Below are positions 9,231-18,538 of a DNA stretch of 64,000 bases, in pieces. The DNA is taken from NCBI GenBank assembly GCA_037144045.1, contig JBAWXN010000002.1, positions 150,875 to 214,874 of the forward strand, in the 5' to 3' direction. The notes under the pieces are model-generated. The model was not told where the DNA came from. It made no database searches and saw only the letters and a program-made list of their open reading frames with translations. This DNA comes from a bacterium (GTDB lineage Bacteria; Patescibacteriota; Minisyncoccia; Phycocordibacterales; UBA1006). Each line of letters begins with the position of its first letter. The stretch's first letter is position 1. A program made the translations under genes and the position numbers.

Positions 9231-9731
9231 ATGGCTGAAAAATCAAGGGGGGAGCATGAATATATATTGGTACTCAACGATATTCGCAGTGTCTATAATG
9301 TAGGGGCATTATTTAGGACGGCTGATGCGGTAGGGATTACTCGGATTATTATGGCGGGTTTTTCACCGACACCTATTGATCGATTTGGACGCGCGCGGAC
9401 TGATCTTGCAAAATCAGCACTTGGTGCAGAATTATCAGTTCCTTGGGAATACGTCGATGACTTGGTTGCTGTGGTGGGTGAATACAAAAACCGCGGATTT
9501 CATATTGTTGGTGTTGAACAAGATACTCGATCTATAGATTACAAGCAACTACAAAAAAATGAAAAGATGCTGTTCATTCTAGGAACTGAAACAACCGGGA
9601 TGGAAGAATCACTTCTCAGTCTCTGCAACACTATCGTAGAAATTCCTATGCAAGGTATTAAGGAATCGTTGAATGTTTCAGTTGCGGCAGGTATTGTGCT
9701 CTATCGAACACTTGATACCCCTCACCGCTAA
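9231..9731 (+). CDS. TrmH/SpoU-family RNA methyltransferase
   Basis: NVGALFRTADA, LGTETTG and IPMQGIKESLNVSVAAGI SPOUT motifs. Confidence 0.92.
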   Translation: MAEKSRGEHEYILVLNDIRSVYNVGALFRTADAVGITRIIMAGFSPTPIDRFGRARTDLAKSALGAELSVPWEYVDDLVAVVGEYKNRGFHIVGVEQDTRSIDYKQLQKNEKMLFILGTETTGMEESLLSLCNTIVEIPMQGIKESLNVSVAAGIVLYRTLDTPHR

Positions 9732-9831
9732 CGCGGAGCTCCCCTTAGCAAGGGGAGCCAAGACTCCGACATGGTTATATCGAAGCATTGCCTCCCCTTG
9801 CTAAGGGGAGGTGGCCGTAGGCCGGAGGGGT
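9717..9831. repeat. Inverted pair of REP-like GC-rich palindromes
   Basis: cccctc...ctccccttagcaaggggag and ctccccttgctaaggggag...ggagggg in opposite orientation. Confidence 0.75.
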
Positions 9832-9849
9832 ATGTTACAATTTAAATCT

Positions 9850-10074
9850 ATGGATCACTTTAAAAAAGATATCACCTATTTTCTATTGTTCATGTTGTTC
9901 CTGTTTATTGCATGGGTTGCAACTGGGGGACCAGAACACGCACGACAGACCGGTTCAGATCGTGATAAATTTCAACAACCGGTGGCACCGATTAGTTCAG
10001 GTGAAACGTACGATGAATCAATAAAGGATGCGCTTCCTGTAAAGGTTCAAGTACATTCGAATTCAAATTACTAG
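9850..10074 (+). CDS. Small single-TM hypothetical protein
   Basis: MDHFKKDITYFLLFMLFLFIAWVATGGP; preceded by TACAAT -10 box. Confidence 0.65.
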   Translation: MDHFKKDITYFLLFMLFLFIAWVATGGPEHARQTGSDRDKFQQPVAPISSGETYDESIKDALPVKVQVHSNSNY

Positions 10075-10106
10075 TCGTAATAAAAAATTCCCACGGGAAT
10101 TTTTTA

Positions 10107-10673
10107 TTACGACTGATTACTTAATATTCTGAGCGACTCACGAATTTTGGTTTGCGTATCAAGACTCGAATCGAGTGAACGGAGCGTCTCGCGTGCTTGT
10201 GATTCTGAATAACCCAATGCAATGAGTGCATCAATAACATCGCGTGATGATGAATCGTCTGCAGTGATGTCATGCGCAGGAAGCTTGTCGCGTAATTCAA
10301 GAATTATTTTTTCAGCGGTTTTTTTACCGATACCAGAAATTTTAGTAAGGTAGCCCACATCGTTTGTATGCACGGCACGCGCAATGGTTCCGATCGTTGC
10401 AACATTCATGACACCGAGCGCTGAACGGGGACCAATTCCTGAAACATTTAACAAGAGTTCAAAAAGTTCTTGATCGCGTGTTGTTTCAAATCCATAGAGT
10501 TCTTGAGCGTCTTCACGGATAATGTGACTGGTCCATAAAGTGACAGGTGCATTCAATGCGTGCTTAAGGAGTGTTTCTGCGGTAGCGAAAACACGATACG
10601 CGATTCCGTTGTTTTCGACTAAAATATAGCGGTCGGTACTGGCGATAATTATTCCTGAGATACGCGCAATCAT
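10107..10673 (-). CDS. ruvA: Holliday junction branch migration protein RuvA
   Basis: IREDAQELYGF, VSGIGPRSAL, GIGKKTAEKIILELRDK. Confidence 0.96.
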   Translation of the reverse strand: MIARISGIIIASTDRYILVENNGIAYRVFATAETLLKHALNAPVTLWTSHIIREDAQELYGFETTRDQELFELLLNVSGIGPRSALGVMNVATIGTIARAVHTNDVGYLTKISGIGKKTAEKIILELRDKLPAHDITADDSSSRDVIDALIALGYSESQARETLRSLDSSLDTQTKIRESLRILSNQS

Positions 10674-10760
10674 GGGATGAGTATACCACTGCACATACCA
10701 TCCCTGAAAGAGGGGAAGTACCTTGCAAAATATATAATATGTGCTAAGATAATCCCATAT

Positions 10761-11021
10761 ATGCCAAATCTACAGAATGCAAAAAAAGCGCTTCGCGTGT
10801 CAGATCGAAAACGAGTATTGAACGATAAACGACGCAAAGCAGTAAAAGAAACCATCAAAACTGCAAAATCAATTGTTGGAGCTGATAAAAAAGTTGTTGT
10901 TGAAACACTTGCTAAAGCATACCAAGCAATCGATAAGGCAGCTAAGCGTGGCATTATCAAGAAAAACACTGCAAACCGACGTAAAGCTCGACTTGCAAAA
11001 TCATTGAAACCAACAAAATAG
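10761..11021 (+). CDS. rpsT: 30S ribosomal protein S20
   Basis: MPNLQNAKKALR...IDKAAKRGIIKKNTANRRKARL. Confidence 0.96.
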   Translation: MPNLQNAKKALRVSDRKRVLNDKRRKAVKETIKTAKSIVGADKKVVVETLAKAYQAIDKAAKRGIIKKNTANRRKARLAKSLKPTK

Positions 11022-11075
11022 TCACCGTAAGGTGCTTTTTGTTTGCTTGAATGGGAGTGTTATACTTACTTTATT

Positions 11076-11357
11076 ATGAGTCAAAAACTATTTTTCTACG
11101 GAACTGATTGTCCCCACTGCGAAGCGATGCGACCGCTTATGGCGAAGCTTTCTTTTGATGAGGGAATTATCCTCGATGAACGTGATATTTGGAAAAACCA
11201 AGCAGATTTTAGACTATATGAAAACTATCAAAATGCAGTTATGAAAAAAGACCCTGAATGTGCCGGACTTCCTTTTTTTTATGATCCGAAAACTAAGGCA
11301 TATTTGTGCGGGGAAGTTTCTTATAAGGAATTAAAAGCGTGGGCTGTGCTAGAATAA
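11076..11357 (+). CDS. Thioredoxin/glutaredoxin-like protein
   Basis: FFYGTDCPHC and GLPFF cis-Pro motif. Confidence 0.8.
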   Translation: MSQKLFFYGTDCPHCEAMRPLMAKLSFDEGIILDERDIWKNQADFRLYENYQNAVMKKDPECAGLPFFYDPKTKAYLCGEVSYKELKAWAVLE

Positions 11358-11361
11358 TACT

Positions 11362-11976
11362 ATGGAAACAGGTCAAGAAATTATTAGGCATATTAGCACG
11401 TTGTCTTATGTAGGAATTTTCGGAATTTCTTTTATAGCAAATGTCTTAGTTCCCGTCCCTGAAGAAGTAGTCATACTCGCGATGGGGTACGTTGCGGGAA
11501 CGGGTGTAATAAATTTTTGGATAACCCTAGGAGTGGTTATTGTAGGTTCATTACTTTCTGATATGGGAATGTTCTGGTTGTCGCGCCATGATAATAAATG
11601 GGTGAAAGGATTTTATACAAAAATATTTTCTCGTGTGTTCCCCGTTGATCATGAATTTTTAGTACAACACAGTAGTAAGGTTATCTTTCTTGCACGGTTC
11701 TTGGTACAACTGCGATTCCTTGGGCCATTTATTGCGGGACAAGTGAAGGTGTCTTGGAAAAAGTTTATCGCGTATGACCTTGCAGCGCTCTTAATATATA
11801 TGCCGGCACTTATGTGGGCAGGTCACTATTTTGCAAAACGAATTGATAGTGTGTTCGATGGGGTAAATCAGGTAAAGAATATCGTTATTGTTATCGCAGG
11901 AATTATGATTCTCTGGTCGTTCACAAAAATGGTTCGAGATTACTTCCTTAAAGTAGTTAAAAAGCCTGAAAAATAA
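11362..11976 (+). CDS. DedA family membrane protein
   Basis: PVPEEVVILAMG and LARF motifs. Confidence 0.88.
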   Translation: METGQEIIRHISTLSYVGIFGISFIANVLVPVPEEVVILAMGYVAGTGVINFWITLGVVIVGSLLSDMGMFWLSRHDNKWVKGFYTKIFSRVFPVDHEFLVQHSSKVIFLARFLVQLRFLGPFIAGQVKVSWKKFIAYDLAALLIYMPALMWAGHYFAKRIDSVFDGVNQVKNIVIVIAGIMILWSFTKMVRDYFLKVVKKPEK

Positions 11977-12052
11977 AAACACCTCGTAGGGTGTTTTTTG
12001 TACAAGAATTGACTTATTTACAATTATATTGTAATATATAAAAAAACTGAAT

Positions 12053-12958
12053 ATGAAATTTCTAAAGGCACTTAAGAATTTATTCAAAATTGCGCTTATA
12101 GCTTTTGCGTTTATTGCTTCGAAATATTTAGCGCGATTCCTTGGATGGCTTAAGTCAGGAACGGTTATTTATAGAGAAAAACATTTATGCACGCCGGTTG
12201 TCCATTTAGTACATCCCAAAACAAAAAGGAGGATTATCCTAATGGGTATGATGCATGTGGGTGACCCGGAATATTTTCAAGAGCTTCAGCACGTACTCAA
12301 TACCCTTAAAGAGTATCGCGTACTCTATGAAGGTATTGGAACAATTAATGCAGAACAAAAACTACTGTTTTCTGAAAAAGAGCAAGAAATTTTTAATGCT
12401 ATGGAAAAGAGTATGTCTGACCGTAATATCATGAGTGCGTTCTTACGCCTTCAAGGACAGCGAGACGGATTGAACTATGAGGCTTCTTGGATAAGGACTG
12501 ACATGAGTCAATTCGACCTTATTCGAGCCATGGCTGCAAAGGGGTTGGGTTGGACGAAAGCGCCAAAGTTTCCAGGTGTTAATGAGAAGATTGAATCGCT
12601 CATAGTAACCTGGCTACTTAATGCACTATTGATTCGCATGCAGGTCTTGTTTCTTTTTCTAAAATTATTCCATTTTGGCAAAGAAGAAAAAGCAGCCCTC
12701 CAGGATATCATTATCACTGAACGTAATAAGATTGCCGTGGATGGTATTCTGGAACATGTTCAGCATGATCATGTTGTTTCCATTTGGGGTGCTGCGCATT
12801 TACCAGGAATGATTAGCTTGCTGAATAAACAAGGATATCGTGAACAAGAACGTACCTGGTTTAAAGCATATCGCGACCGTAATGAGTACGGCAAGCAGAT
12901 CCTTGATGAGATTATTGCGCAATCAAAAACACGTGAAAAGGCAAAACAAAAAAATTAA
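12053..12958 (+). CDS. TraB/GumN-like hypothetical protein
   Basis: GMMHVG, LYEG, ERN and WGAAHLPG motifs; own TTGACT promoter (~12009) and GCAA-loop terminator (~12979-13008). Confidence 0.55.
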   Translation: MKFLKALKNLFKIALIAFAFIASKYLARFLGWLKSGTVIYREKHLCTPVVHLVHPKTKRRIILMGMMHVGDPEYFQELQHVLNTLKEYRVLYEGIGTINAEQKLLFSEKEQEIFNAMEKSMSDRNIMSAFLRLQGQRDGLNYEASWIRTDMSQFDLIRAMAAKGLGWTKAPKFPGVNEKIESLIVTWLLNALLIRMQVLFLFLKLFHFGKEEKAALQDIIITERNKIAVDGILEHVQHDHVVSIWGAAHLPGMISLLNKQGYREQERTWFKAYRDRNEYGKQILDEIIAQSKTREKAKQKN

Positions 12959-13033
12959 TACTTACTGTTGGTAACAACAAAAAACCTATTCGCAAGAATA
13001 GGTTTTTTATGTGCGGGGTTATGAATGGTTTTG

Positions 13034-13105
13034 TGACCTCGCCAGGAATCGAACCTGGATCACCAGTACCGCAAACTGATATTCTATCCGTTGAACTACG
13101 AGGTC
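13034..13105 (-). tRNA. tRNA-Arg(GCG)
   Basis: GACCTCG acceptor stem, anticodon arm TCAGT-TTGCGGT-ACTGG. Confidence 0.92.
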
Positions 13106-13164
13106 AAAGCGTTATAAACGCTTGTGTAGATTACTATAAAAACCGCCTTTTATCAAGCAGTTTT

Positions 13165-13641
13165 TTATAACCCAAAGCTTTGCGCCAAGGTATCAATCAG
13201 GGTTGGTTTGGTTTCTTTTTCCTCGATTTTTTCAAGGAGGTAACTACGAATATCGGTCGCAGGAATGGTATCAGGGAGCGAGATAATTCGTTGTGGAAGT
13301 ACCTTACGTCCTGTAACAATCATAATTTGGTTTTTGTCATTATGATCCTTGAACATCCAGAACGATTGAATCGTTTCATAAATGTAGAGGTCCTTGTTAA
13401 GTTTGATGCCTCGTTCTGAAATTTCTACAACTACGGGTTCTGGTTTATCATTTGCAAACATAGCAAGCATTGCACCCCCGAGCAAGAGCAGTACCGCAAG
13501 GAGGTAGTTTTTAGAAATAACCGCAATAATAACACCGGTCACAATAATGATACCGAGCCCCCAATACCAGTCGGTAGTTTTTTCAAGGTGTTCATGTTCG
13601 GTACCTTCCCAAGTAAATTGTTTTGTTTGGTCATGAATCAT
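13165..13641 (-). CDS. Conserved CPR-type 2-TM hypothetical protein
   Basis: FTWEGTEHEHLEKTTDWYW, two TMs, then ISERGIKLNKDLYIYETIQSFW PH-like tail. Confidence 0.75.
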   Translation of the reverse strand: MIHDQTKQFTWEGTEHEHLEKTTDWYWGLGIIIVTGVIIAVISKNYLLAVLLLLGGAMLAMFANDKPEPVVVEISERGIKLNKDLYIYETIQSFWMFKDHNDKNQIMIVTGRKVLPQRIISLPDTIPATDIRSYLLEKIEEKETKPTLIDTLAQSFGL

Positions 13642-13820
13642 GTTGACAGTATACGCCATTTTAAGCTTATGAGGAATAGCTTTTTTCTGTGGATAAGACC
13701 CGGGTGCGTTCATGGTACAATAGGTCATGAGCAGGGTATACGGTTTATGACGACACCCTGTTCATTCTTTTATAATTAACGTATATCCCTTATTAGACTT
13801 TAATTAACGTAAATATTATT

Positions 13821-14249
13821 ATGCGAAAAAAGGTATTTATTACCGGAAGTTTACTCGCACTGTTTCTCCTTATTTCTTCAAGTACCGCATTTGCTCAGAG
13901 TCTCCAGTTAAGTTCAGACGAAGTTGCAACGATTAAAACAGAAATTCATTCAGGTAAACCCATCAAAGACGTACTTAAAGATCATAATATTAGTATGCAT
14001 CAAATTCGTACAGCGCTTGGATCTACAGGAATTGGAAAACATCGCACGAAACTTTCGAACACACAAATCTCGACGATTGCTGCTCGGCTCGGACTGGATG
14101 CTACACAAGTTCAATCTGAAATTGATGCAGGTAAATCATTACCAGAAATTCTTACAGCTCACAATATTACCCAGGACCAAATTCGACAAGTATTTGGTGA
14201 GATTACTGGCGTAAAACACGGAATCAAGAAATATAAAAACCACCTCTAG
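13821..14249 (+). CDS. Secreted hypothetical protein with two internal helical repeats
   Basis: Signal peptide AFA; repeats EIHSGKPIKDVLKDHNI and EIDAGKSLPEILTAHNI. Confidence 0.7.
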   Translation: MRKKVFITGSLLALFLLISSSTAFAQSLQLSSDEVATIKTEIHSGKPIKDVLKDHNISMHQIRTALGSTGIGKHRTKLSNTQISTIAARLGLDATQVQSEIDAGKSLPEILTAHNITQDQIRQVFGEITGVKHGIKKYKNHL

Positions 14250-14264
14250 GTGGTTTTTATATAA

Positions 14265-14843
14265 TTAAATTTTTCCTACAAGGTCCATTCCAGGGGTAAG
14301 AGTATTATCACCCGGTTCCCATGATGCGGGACATACATTGAGTTCGCCGTGCTCAAAGACATATTTCGCAGCGCGCAATTTTCGTAATAGTTCTTTACTG
14401 TTACGTCCAATTGAGTTGTCATTAATTTCAGCTGCAACTATTTTACCATCTGGATTTACGATAAATGATCCCCGCAACGCAAGTCCTTCTTGGGGAAGAT
14501 ATACTCCGAATAATTGCGATAATTCACCGGTTGGATCTGCAACCATAGGGAACTGGATCTTAGCAATAGCTGGCGAATGATCGTGCCATGCTTTGTGTAC
14601 GAATACCGTGTCAGTACTCACGCTGAAAATCTCGGCGTTTTCTTTTTGAAAATCTGCATACAGGTGCGCGAGTTCTTCAAGCTCTGTTGGACATACGAAC
14701 GTAAAGTCAGCGGGGTAGAAGAAGAATATTTTCCACTTACCAGCGTAATCCGATGTGGAATACGTAACGTCTTTATCATTGTGGTACGTGTGTAGGGTAA
14801 GTTCCGGAATAATTGATCCGATCGAAAGGTGTTTTGTTTCCAT
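14265..14843 (-). CDS. ahpC: Alkyl hydroperoxide reductase C (2-Cys peroxiredoxin)
   Basis: FFYPADFTFVCPTE and VCPASW. Confidence 0.96.
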   Translation of the reverse strand: METKHLSIGSIIPELTLHTYHNDKDVTYSTSDYAGKWKIFFFYPADFTFVCPTELEELAHLYADFQKENAEIFSVSTDTVFVHKAWHDHSPAIAKIQFPMVADPTGELSQLFGVYLPQEGLALRGSFIVNPDGKIVAAEINDNSIGRNSKELLRKLRAAKYVFEHGELNVCPASWEPGDNTLTPGMDLVGKI

Positions 14844-14902
14844 AGAACTGTAGTATACCCAAACAAGGCTTTGATATCAAAGGATTTACTCATAAAAGAG
14901 GG

Positions 14903-14930
14903 TTGACTTTTTTAAAAAATGGTTTATAAT
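14903..14930 (+). promoter_or_regulatory. sigma70-type promoter
   Basis: TTGACT...TATAAT upstream of the AAA gene. Confidence 0.6.
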
Positions 14931-14947
14931 ATTACAAAACATATTCT

Positions 14948-16249
14948 ATGACAAAACAAGCAGTCGGAACACGACTCGACCTTCCCGCACTTAAAAGTGC
15001 GGTGAAGCAGGTAAATGATTATTTCGATGAGATCAAAAAAATCTATGTTGGCAGAGACCACGTGATTGACCTCATCAAATACGCGATGCTACAAAAATCG
15101 CACCTACTATTTTTTGGAAATCCAGGAACGGCAAAGACCGCAATCGGAGATTCAGTATTCGCCGGCATTGCCTCGAGTACAACATTTAATGTACAGCTGA
15201 CCGCATTTATGGCGGAAGACGGTATTTTTGGTGCCTACAACATGAAGAAGATTCGTGAAGAAGGTGTATTGGAACACAATACAGCAGGAATGCTGCCCGA
15301 TGCTAATATGGCAAACCTTGATGAATTTTTGGATGCAAATCCAGCAGTGCTTCGTTCTATGCTTTCCGCACTTAACGAGCGCAGAATGATAAAAGGTCGC
15401 CAAGTGTTAGAAATGCCACTACACATTGCGTACTGTTCAAGTAATGTAGATCCTTTCTTGTTTTTAAGGAGGAATCCACAAGCATGGGCGGTATTTGATC
15501 GTATTGGTTTCATTGGTCGTATTGGTTACCTGGAACAAGCGGATGATGTTACAGAAATGGTAAAGCGTTTTCAAAACCGTACATCAACCACTCCAAAGGG
15601 GCGGCTTGAATTAGCTACACTTAATTCAATATGTGATTACGTACTTATGCCGCCAACATTAATTCAGGATGAACTGATTTATATGAAATATGGTGAAGCA
15701 ATTATTGAGTATCGTAAAGCACGTAAAGAAAAACTTGGTGAATTCGAGCAGGCCGCAACCCAATCAAGTAAAGGTGAGTTTGATATCGACCTCCAAGGTA
15801 TGATTTTCAGCGACATTTCGGACAGGCGCGTTTGCTGGGGTAGTCAAATGATAGAGGTAGAGGCAATACTTAACGGACGCATACAAGCAGAGCCGGTAGA
15901 TATGAAAGCAGCTCACTATATTTTAGGTACATCAGAAGTGGAAAAACAGTTGTGGTTCGGCATTATCGATAAAAAGATAGCCGAGATTGAAGAAATGAAA
16001 AAGGATAAATTATCCGAACTTCAGTTACAGCGCCTAAATTCACTGAAAGACCAGTTCGAAAGTATTATTGATAATGGGCATGATTTAGAAACCCGTGTTA
16101 ATGGTGTTGCAACACTGATTCACCAAATGGATCAGGTGCATCCTGAAAATGCAAAAGTTAAAGAATCGTTTGATGCCCTGCGATCACGTATTGAAGAATA
16201 CCGCGGCAAGGTAAGCGAAGAATTACTGAAAGAAAAAGGTTTAAAGTAA
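14948..16249 (+). CDS. MoxR/RavA-type AAA+ ATPase
   Basis: YVGRDHVI, Walker A GNPGTAKT, Walker B LDE, LNER, AVFDR, ISDRR. Confidence 0.88.
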   Translation: MTKQAVGTRLDLPALKSAVKQVNDYFDEIKKIYVGRDHVIDLIKYAMLQKSHLLFFGNPGTAKTAIGDSVFAGIASSTTFNVQLTAFMAEDGIFGAYNMKKIREEGVLEHNTAGMLPDANMANLDEFLDANPAVLRSMLSALNERRMIKGRQVLEMPLHIAYCSSNVDPFLFLRRNPQAWAVFDRIGFIGRIGYLEQADDVTEMVKRFQNRTSTTPKGRLELATLNSICDYVLMPPTLIQDELIYMKYGEAIIEYRKARKEKLGEFEQAATQSSKGEFDIDLQGMIFSDISDRRVCWGSQMIEVEAILNGRIQAEPVDMKAAHYILGTSEVEKQLWFGIIDKKIAEIEEMKKDKLSELQLQRLNSLKDQFESIIDNGHDLETRVNGVATLIHQMDQVHPENAKVKESFDALRSRIEEYRGKVSEELLKEKGLK

Positions 16250-16250
16250 T

Positions 16251-17342
16251 ATGTTCGGAATTGCAGCATTGCTCGCCGCAGCAGCAGCTGCAGCGGCAGC
16301 AGCCTATTACGCGTGGTCATGGTTTCGTAGGCGTACATCAAAAAACGAAGACGGTAAACCGGAGAGTAGTCCTCCACCATCAAATCAAAATTCTTTGGAT
16401 GATGGAAGTCAGGATGAAAAAGACCAGCGGAAATCAGTAGGTGATTTATTGCAGGATTTATTACGAGACGTGCGTGATGGCAAAATCAACCTGGATTTTC
16501 TTTCTGATAAAAAAGGAGGAAATGAAGCAGGTGATCAGAGTGCGCGCCTTCCACAAAAGTACGACCCTATTGCGGATCTTTGGAAAGAGATTCGTAAAAT
16601 TGCAAAAGGGTTACAGTTTTTCGAAAGAAAAATTGCACGCATGAAAAAAGTTGGTGAAGAAGTGGTGCGTACCAATGTACCTACGGGTGATATTGAGATT
16701 AAGCCACTGCAATCGTTTAGCGAAATTCCTAAAGTGCTCAATAGTCAAATGGCGAGTGATGATGACATTTTCTACCCAATGGTGGCAGGTGGTCAGTTAC
16801 TCGTGCAGCAACCTATTGAATACCAGGGTGTTTACAAAGAGCGGTACATTCGTCAGCGTAAAACATTGCGGGTACTCGTTGATGTTTCAGGGAGTATGAA
16901 AGGTGATCGTATTGCTTGGGCAAGGTTACTCCTTACGCTCCTTGTTGAAAAAGCAAGAAAGGCATTCGCTGATTACCTTCTTACAACCTTTACCAAAGTT
17001 CCCGGACAGCCGGTAAAAGCAGACCCAGCCGAATCAGCTACGTTTAAAGAGGTACTTGATTATATTGAGCACCATGTTCGGGCTGATGGTGGGACAGATA
17101 TCAGCGCAGCACTACTCAACGAACTTAACCTTATTGAACAAGAAAACAAAGAGGAAAAGATGGAGCAGAGTGCGCAAATTGTTTTGATTACGGACGGTAA
17201 TGACAAGATTGACGCTCGAAGTATTCAAAAACGTATGGAAGCCCTTAAAGTGGAATTACATACTGTTGTTTTGGGACAACGTCATGATGGTCTGAAGTCT
17301 ATCTCGAAAGAGTATTATTATTTAGATATTGCAGAAATGTAA
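16251..17342 (+). CDS. VWA-domain protein (ViaA-like partner) with N-terminal anchor
   Basis: MIDAS DVSGSM, GGTDIS, VLITDG; 1 nt after the AAA gene. Confidence 0.88.
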   Translation: MFGIAALLAAAAAAAAAAYYAWSWFRRRTSKNEDGKPESSPPPSNQNSLDDGSQDEKDQRKSVGDLLQDLLRDVRDGKINLDFLSDKKGGNEAGDQSARLPQKYDPIADLWKEIRKIAKGLQFFERKIARMKKVGEEVVRTNVPTGDIEIKPLQSFSEIPKVLNSQMASDDDIFYPMVAGGQLLVQQPIEYQGVYKERYIRQRKTLRVLVDVSGSMKGDRIAWARLLLTLLVEKARKAFADYLLTTFTKVPGQPVKADPAESATFKEVLDYIEHHVRADGGTDISAALLNELNLIEQENKEEKMEQSAQIVLITDGNDKIDARSIQKRMEALKVELHTVVLGQRHDGLKSISKEYYYLDIAEM

Positions 17343-17348
17343 TTTCTG

Positions 17349-17376
17349 AACCCTTTGCGCAAGCAAAGGGTTTTTT
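17349..17376 (+). terminator. Intrinsic terminator with GCAA loop
   Basis: aaccctttgc-gcaa-gcaaagggtttttt. Confidence 0.8.
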
Positions 17377-17398
17377 ATGTGTTATTATTGAACCATCT

Positions 17399-17809
17399 AT
17401 GGAAATTATTAAAAAAACAATCGGTAATATGTTTGGTGGTAAGGCGGTGTTAATAAAGTTAGGAGAAACACTGTTAGCGGCAGTAATGTTTTGCGGAGTG
17501 ATGTACTTTGCATTCGAAGCGGTAATTGTTTTCTCTACAAAAGACTGGTCTAGCCTCACAACAATATACGAATTAATTACTACTGTTTTAGCACTATTAC
17601 TAGCATTCGAAGTGGTGCGACTTATTATGGTTCACAGTATCATTGTGGTTATTGAACTACTCCTGTTAGTAATTGCAAGAAAGATGCTCTATCCTGATAT
17701 TCATTCAGCAGAGCTTATTTACTACACCATTGCGTTTGCAATAATTATTGCGGTGTATTATTTGTACGAATTAAAACCGTTAAAATCACTGGAAGACCTC
17801 ACTAAATAA
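17399..17809 (+). CDS. PsiE-like 4-TM membrane protein
   Basis: LLLAFEVVR and IARK patterns. Confidence 0.55.
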   Translation: MEIIKKTIGNMFGGKAVLIKLGETLLAAVMFCGVMYFAFEAVIVFSTKDWSSLTTIYELITTVLALLLAFEVVRLIMVHSIIVVIELLLLVIARKMLYPDIHSAELIYYTIAFAIIIAVYYLYELKPLKSLEDLTK

Positions 17810-17860
17810 TACCCAAAACATAACATCATGCTTACCATGGGAACATGATATACTTATCCT

Positions 17861-18493
17861 ATGAACACCTTGTACATTATTTTGGGTTTTATTGGTGCAG
17901 TGATCCTCTGGTCAGTCTGGGGTCATTTTTCTTCTCGTGTTGAACAAACAGCGTATTCTGTCGTGGATTCAAAAGAGAACTACGAAATTCGTATATATCC
18001 AGCGCATATTGTAGCGCAGACGGTAGTTAAGGGATCGTATCAACAAGCACTCAACCAAGGCTTTAGTATTGTTGCTCGTTATATCTTCGGTGGAAATACT
18101 AAAAAAGAAAGTATTGCCATGACATCACCGGTCATTGAAAAAAGCACAGTCTCAGAATCTATTGCGATGACGTCGCCGGTTATAGCAACCGTCGAAGGGG
18201 ATTCACACACGATTGCCTTTGGGATGCCACGTTCGTATACTCTTGAAACACTTCCGGTTCCAAATGATAACCGTGTTCAAATAGTTACTATTCCCGAGAA
18301 GAAAATGGCAGCTCTTCGATTTTCAGGAATGCGTACTGATGCGCGTGTTCAATCAAAAAAGCAGAATCTATTAGATTCGCTTAAAAAAGACAGTATAACT
18401 ATTGTTGGACAGGTCCAGTATGCTGGATACAACGCACCCTGGACTCCGCCATGGATGACACGACATGAGGTGTTGGTTGAGGTGGGTGAATAA
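17861..18493 (+). CDS. SOUL heme-binding protein
   Basis: YEIRIY, YIFGGN, IAMTSPV (x2), YNAPWTPPWMTRHEV. Confidence 0.92.
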   Translation: MNTLYIILGFIGAVILWSVWGHFSSRVEQTAYSVVDSKENYEIRIYPAHIVAQTVVKGSYQQALNQGFSIVARYIFGGNTKKESIAMTSPVIEKSTVSESIAMTSPVIATVEGDSHTIAFGMPRSYTLETLPVPNDNRVQIVTIPEKKMAALRFSGMRTDARVQSKKQNLLDSLKKDSITIVGQVQYAGYNAPWTPPWMTRHEVLVEVGE

Positions 18494-18538
18494 ATAGGTA
18501 ATAAAAAACCGACTTATTTTTGTAAGTCGGTTTAATAG

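Noticed and set aside
13688-13696. Perfect DnaA box (TGTGGATAA); also a near-box at ~9048-9056
   Set aside because: Isolated boxes, no cluster and no dnaA/dnaN nearby; insufficient for oriC
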